26,432 nucleotides of DNA. It comes from a virus (Duplodnaviria; Caudoviricetes). Below, piece by piece: positions 23,933 through 26,432 of this stretch. Both the position numbers and the translations under genes were made by a program. The notes below the pieces were generated by a model, which saw only the letters and a list, made by a program, of their open reading frames with translations, did no database searches and was not told the origin of the DNA. Where the stretch lies: positions 1 through 26,432 of IMG/VR virus record IMGVR_UViG_3300017658_000239; one strand, written 5' to 3'. Position 1 is the stretch's first letter. The number at the start of each line of letters is the position of its first letter.

Positions 23933-24368
23933 GATCGACGGCTGTGAAAAGCCCAAGTTCTCGAGAGGATGGTGCCGAGCCCACTACGCGCGCTGGTATC
24001 GTCATGGGAACCCGACAGATGGGAAGCGTCGGTCACCGAACGGCGAGCCGGAACGCTACCTGCGTGACGTCGTGTTGCCATACGCGGGTGAAGAATGCCT
24101 GTTCTGGCCGTTCACGAGAACGGGCCGCAAAGATAGCTGGGGCGGTCACGGGCGCGGATATGCGCAGATGCGTCAGGGCCGCAAGATGGTCAGCGTTCCG
24201 CGAATAGTCTGCGAGCACGTTAACGGTGAGGCTCCCGACAAGGACTGTGGCCACACCTGCGGCAATGGGCACCTAGGCTGCGTCAACCCCGCTCATATGA
24301 CTTGGCTGACACGTCGCGAACTGATCGGCATGGCGATCGAGCGGGGCACTCACAGCTTCTGCCGGTAG
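23907..24368 (+). CDS. His-Me finger (HNH/His-Cys box-like) protein with an N-terminal zinc finger
   Basis: CKIDGC...GWCRAHYARWYRHG, ECLFWPF, GYA, RIVCEHVNG, HTCGNGHLGCVNPAH. Start uncertain (23889/23907/23910). Confidence 0.8.
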   Translation: MMAEKPVCKIDGCEKPKFSRGWCRAHYARWYRHGNPTDGKRRSPNGEPERYLRDVVLPYAGEECLFWPFTRTGRKDSWGGHGRGYAQMRQGRKMVSVPRIVCEHVNGEAPDKDCGHTCGNGHLGCVNPAHMTWLTRRELIGMAIERGTHSFCR

Positions 24369-24412
24369 CCTGAATCCGCCGCGCTCTAGAATCTTGTCAA
24401 GGGAAAAGAACC

Positions 24413-24460
24413 GGACAAAACCCGGACATTTACGGGACATTTCCGGGACAAATCCCGCCG
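24413..24460 (+). repeat. Four 11-bp GGACA tandem repeats (iteron-like array B)
   Basis: GGACAAAACCC GGACATTTACG GGACATTTCCG GGACAAATCCC GCCG, intergenic, upstream of terS. Confidence 0.85.
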
Positions 24461-24625
24461 TGGCGTTTTTGGCGAAAAAACCGTGGTACGCATAACGCGG
24501 CCCTCGCGCGCGTAAACGCTAACCTTGATCTGTTGTGCCACCGGGGCCGGCGCCCACCAGGGCGACCGGCCTACAGCGCACGGCATCGACAGGTAGAGCA
24601 CTACATAGGCAGGAATCTCCATTTC

Positions 24626-25123
24626 GTGGCTGAAAAGAAGAAGCTCGGCAGACCGTCGACATATTCGCCCGAGATCGCTGCCCGTATCTGCACCGAAATC
24701 GCGTCGGGAAAGTCGCTCCGCAAGGTCTGTACCCTGAAGGATATGCCGTCGATGCCGACGGTGTTCCTCTGGATCGCAAAGCACGACGAGTTTTCTAAGC
24801 AGTATGCGCGCGCGCAGGCGGATCGTGTTGTCGCCTGGTCGGAAGAGATCGTCGAGATCGCCGACAACTCCAAGGCCGAAACGAACAGGGTCAAGCTTCG
24901 CGTGGACACGCGCAGGTGGCTGATGTCGAAGATGGACCCGAAGAAGTACGGGGACCGTCAGGAGCATCGCCATACCGGCCCGACCGGTGGCCCGATCCAG
25001 ACCGTCGACATCACGAAGCTGAAGGGCATGACGAACGAGGAGCTTGAGCTACTTGAACGCGCCCTTGTCCAGATTGGCATTGTTGACGGCGATCCGGCTG
25101 GAGAAGGAGAACCGGAGGAGTGA
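24626..25123 (+). CDS. terS: Terminase small subunit (Sf6 gp1-like)
   Basis: GRPSTYSPEIAARIC..IASGKSLRKVC...MPS..TVFLW...F..QYARA...KLRVDTRRWLMSKMDPKKYG. GTG at 24626. Confidence 0.92.
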   Translation: MAEKKKLGRPSTYSPEIAARICTEIASGKSLRKVCTLKDMPSMPTVFLWIAKHDEFSKQYARAQADRVVAWSEEIVEIADNSKAETNRVKLRVDTRRWLMSKMDPKKYGDRQEHRHTGPTGGPIQTVDITKLKGMTNEELELLERALVQIGIVDGDPAGEGEPEE

Positions 25124-26432
25124 GGCCGATCGTGCGCAAGAGCGGAAAGAGCTTCTTTCGTCGCACTTGGCCTTCACCACTCGATTCTTCCTCGAAAAGG
25201 AAGGCCAGCCCTTCACAGTCGCGCCGTTCCATCCCGTCATGTGCGGCACCCTCGACAGGGTGTTCGCTGGCGAGATCAAGCGGCTGATCATCAACATCCC
25301 GCCAGGTTACGGTAAGACCGAACTGGCGGTGATCAACTTCATAGCCAGAGGCTTCGCGATCAACCCGCGCGCCCGGTTCATCCATGCGAGCTATGCCGAG
25401 CCGTTGGCGCTCGACAACTCGACAAAGGTCAAGGACGTCATCAACCTGCCGGGCTACCAGGCCCATTGGCAGGTTTCGATGCGGCCGGACACCAATGCCA
25501 AGGGTCTATGGCGCACCACGGCTGGCGGGCATCTGCGCGCTGCGGCGGCCGGTCAGCCGATCACCGGATTCCGTGCCGGCATCCTGGCCGAGCCGGGTTT
25601 CACCGGCGCCCTGATCATCGACGATCCGCTGAAGCCCGACGACGCCTCGTCGGACACGATGCGGAAATTCATCAATGCGCGGTGGGAGAACACCTTCAAG
25701 TCGCGTCTCGCGCATGAGGATGTGCCTGTCATCGTCATCATGCAGCGTTTGCATGTCGACGACTTCGTTGCTCACCTGCTGGAGAAGAGCGGCGAGCATT
25801 GGCATATGCTCAAGCTGCCCGTGCTGATCGATGGTGAGGGCGAAGCGCCGGCCGGCGATGTGGAACTGATCCCCCATGGCCTGCCAAACGGACCGTTGTG
25901 GGAACAGAAGCATTCGCTGCCGCAGATCAAGGTGCTTCAAGCGGCACCGCACGTCTATGCCGGTCAATACGCCCAGGAGCCGACCGTCGAGGGCGGCAAC
26001 CTGTTCAAGCCTGGGTTGCTGCCTCGATACGAGGAAGTGCCGAAACTGGTTTGGCGGGCGATTTACGCCGACACCGCGCAGAAGACGAAAGAGCGCAACG
26101 ATTACACCGTGTTTGAGCACTGGGGACAGGGCGTCGACGGCAAGGCCTACTTGTTGGAGGTGGTGCGCGGCCGGTTCGAAGCGCCGGAACTCGAAAAGAC
26201 GGCGAAAGCGCTCTGGACGAAGTGCCGCGGCAAGGAATGGCCGACCGAGCGGTACGGCTTCATGCGTAAGATGGTCATCGAGGACAAGGTGTCAGGCACG
26301 GGTCTGATCCAGTCGCTTGGCCGCGCCTCCATACCGGTGGTGGCGCTGCAGCGCGACAAGGATAAGTACACCCGTGCCCTCGACGTCGTGCCAGCGGCTG
26401 CGGCCGGCCTTGTGTGCCTGCCGAAGTCGGCG
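25053..26432 (+). CDS. terL: Terminase large subunit (partial, runs off the window; start approximate)
   Basis: Frame is open from 25032 to the window end. Walker A LIINIPPGYGKT, Walker B LIIDDP, IMQRLH, nuclease ADTAQK...NDY and IEDKVSG. Consistent with a headful-packaging type. Missing from the ORF track because it has no stop codon in the window. Confidence 0.95.
   Translation, partial: MNAPLSRLALLTAIRLEKENRRSEADRAQERKELLSSHLAFTTRFFLEKEGQPFTVAPFHPVMCGTLDRVFAGEIKRLIINIPPGYGKTELAVINFIARGFAINPRARFIHASYAEPLALDNSTKVKDVINLPGYQAHWQVSMRPDTNAKGLWRTTAGGHLRAAAAGQPITGFRAGILAEPGFTGALIIDDPLKPDDASSDTMRKFINARWENTFKSRLAHEDVPVIVIMQRLHVDDFVAHLLEKSGEHWHMLKLPVLIDGEGEAPAGDVELIPHGLPNGPLWEQKHSLPQIKVLQAAPHVYAGQYAQEPTVEGGNLFKPGLLPRYEEVPKLVWRAIYADTAQKTKERNDYTVFEHWGQGVDGKAYLLEVVRGRFEAPELEKTAKALWTKCRGKEWPTERYGFMRKMVIEDKVSGTGLIQSLGRASIPVVALQRDKDKYTRALDVVPAAAAGLVCLPKSA

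Larger units (their letters stand above)
1..26432. mobile_element. Temperate prophage (left arm: integrase to terminase), continues beyond the right edge
   Basis: Lambdoid gene order int-xis-recombination-cI/cro-replication-terS-terL, with tightly coupled ORFs (ATGA/TGATG overlaps). The att site is not visible because the window begins at the integrase stop codon. Confidence 0.97.

Noticed and set aside
22625-24460. CRISPR array interpretation of the GGACA or CGTTGGAG repeats
   Set aside because: The units are 8-11 bp with no 25-45-bp unique spacers, and there are no cas genes.
1-26432. CtrA boxes (TTAA-N7-TTAA)
   Set aside because: Only isolated TTAA tetramers were seen (near 32, 1124, 1734, 12601, 16495, 24220), none paired at N7.

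Overview
The whole window is the left part of a high-GC temperate lambdoid-type prophage. The host is inferred to be an alphaproteobacterium, probably Hyphomicrobiales, from the GcrA/CtrA/GapR-like genes, CTTGAC-type promoters and a GTTC-N7-GTTC box. Layout: (1) tyrosine integrase and an overlapping excisionase-like gene; (2) a long leftward early operon with a DnaA-domain-IV-like protein, HNH, stand-alone YafY-type wHTH, two DEDDh exonucleases, RecT, YqaJ exonuclease and many hypotheticals; (3) an immunity region with PL, a short peptidase-less XRE repressor, a convergent small gene behind a LexA-type box, PRM/PR with ATSCG-N4-CGSAT operators, and cro; (4) a rightward early operon with CII-like, GcrA-like, GapR-like, a structured intergenic RNA candidate, RuvC-like, CtrA-like, HNH, a helicase-methyltransferase fusion, a primase-helicase, a putative late regulator and another HNH; (5) terminase small subunit and a terminase large subunit truncated at the right edge. 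The most notable signals are a set of host master-regulator look-alikes lacking their sensory parts, a candidate SOS-controlled antirepressor/antisense module, identical 33-bp PL/PR promoters forming an inverted repeat around the repressor, twin 4x11-bp iteron-like arrays, and a pseudoknot-capable intergenic RNA. All protein-family calls come from motif recognition by eye. No database search was run.
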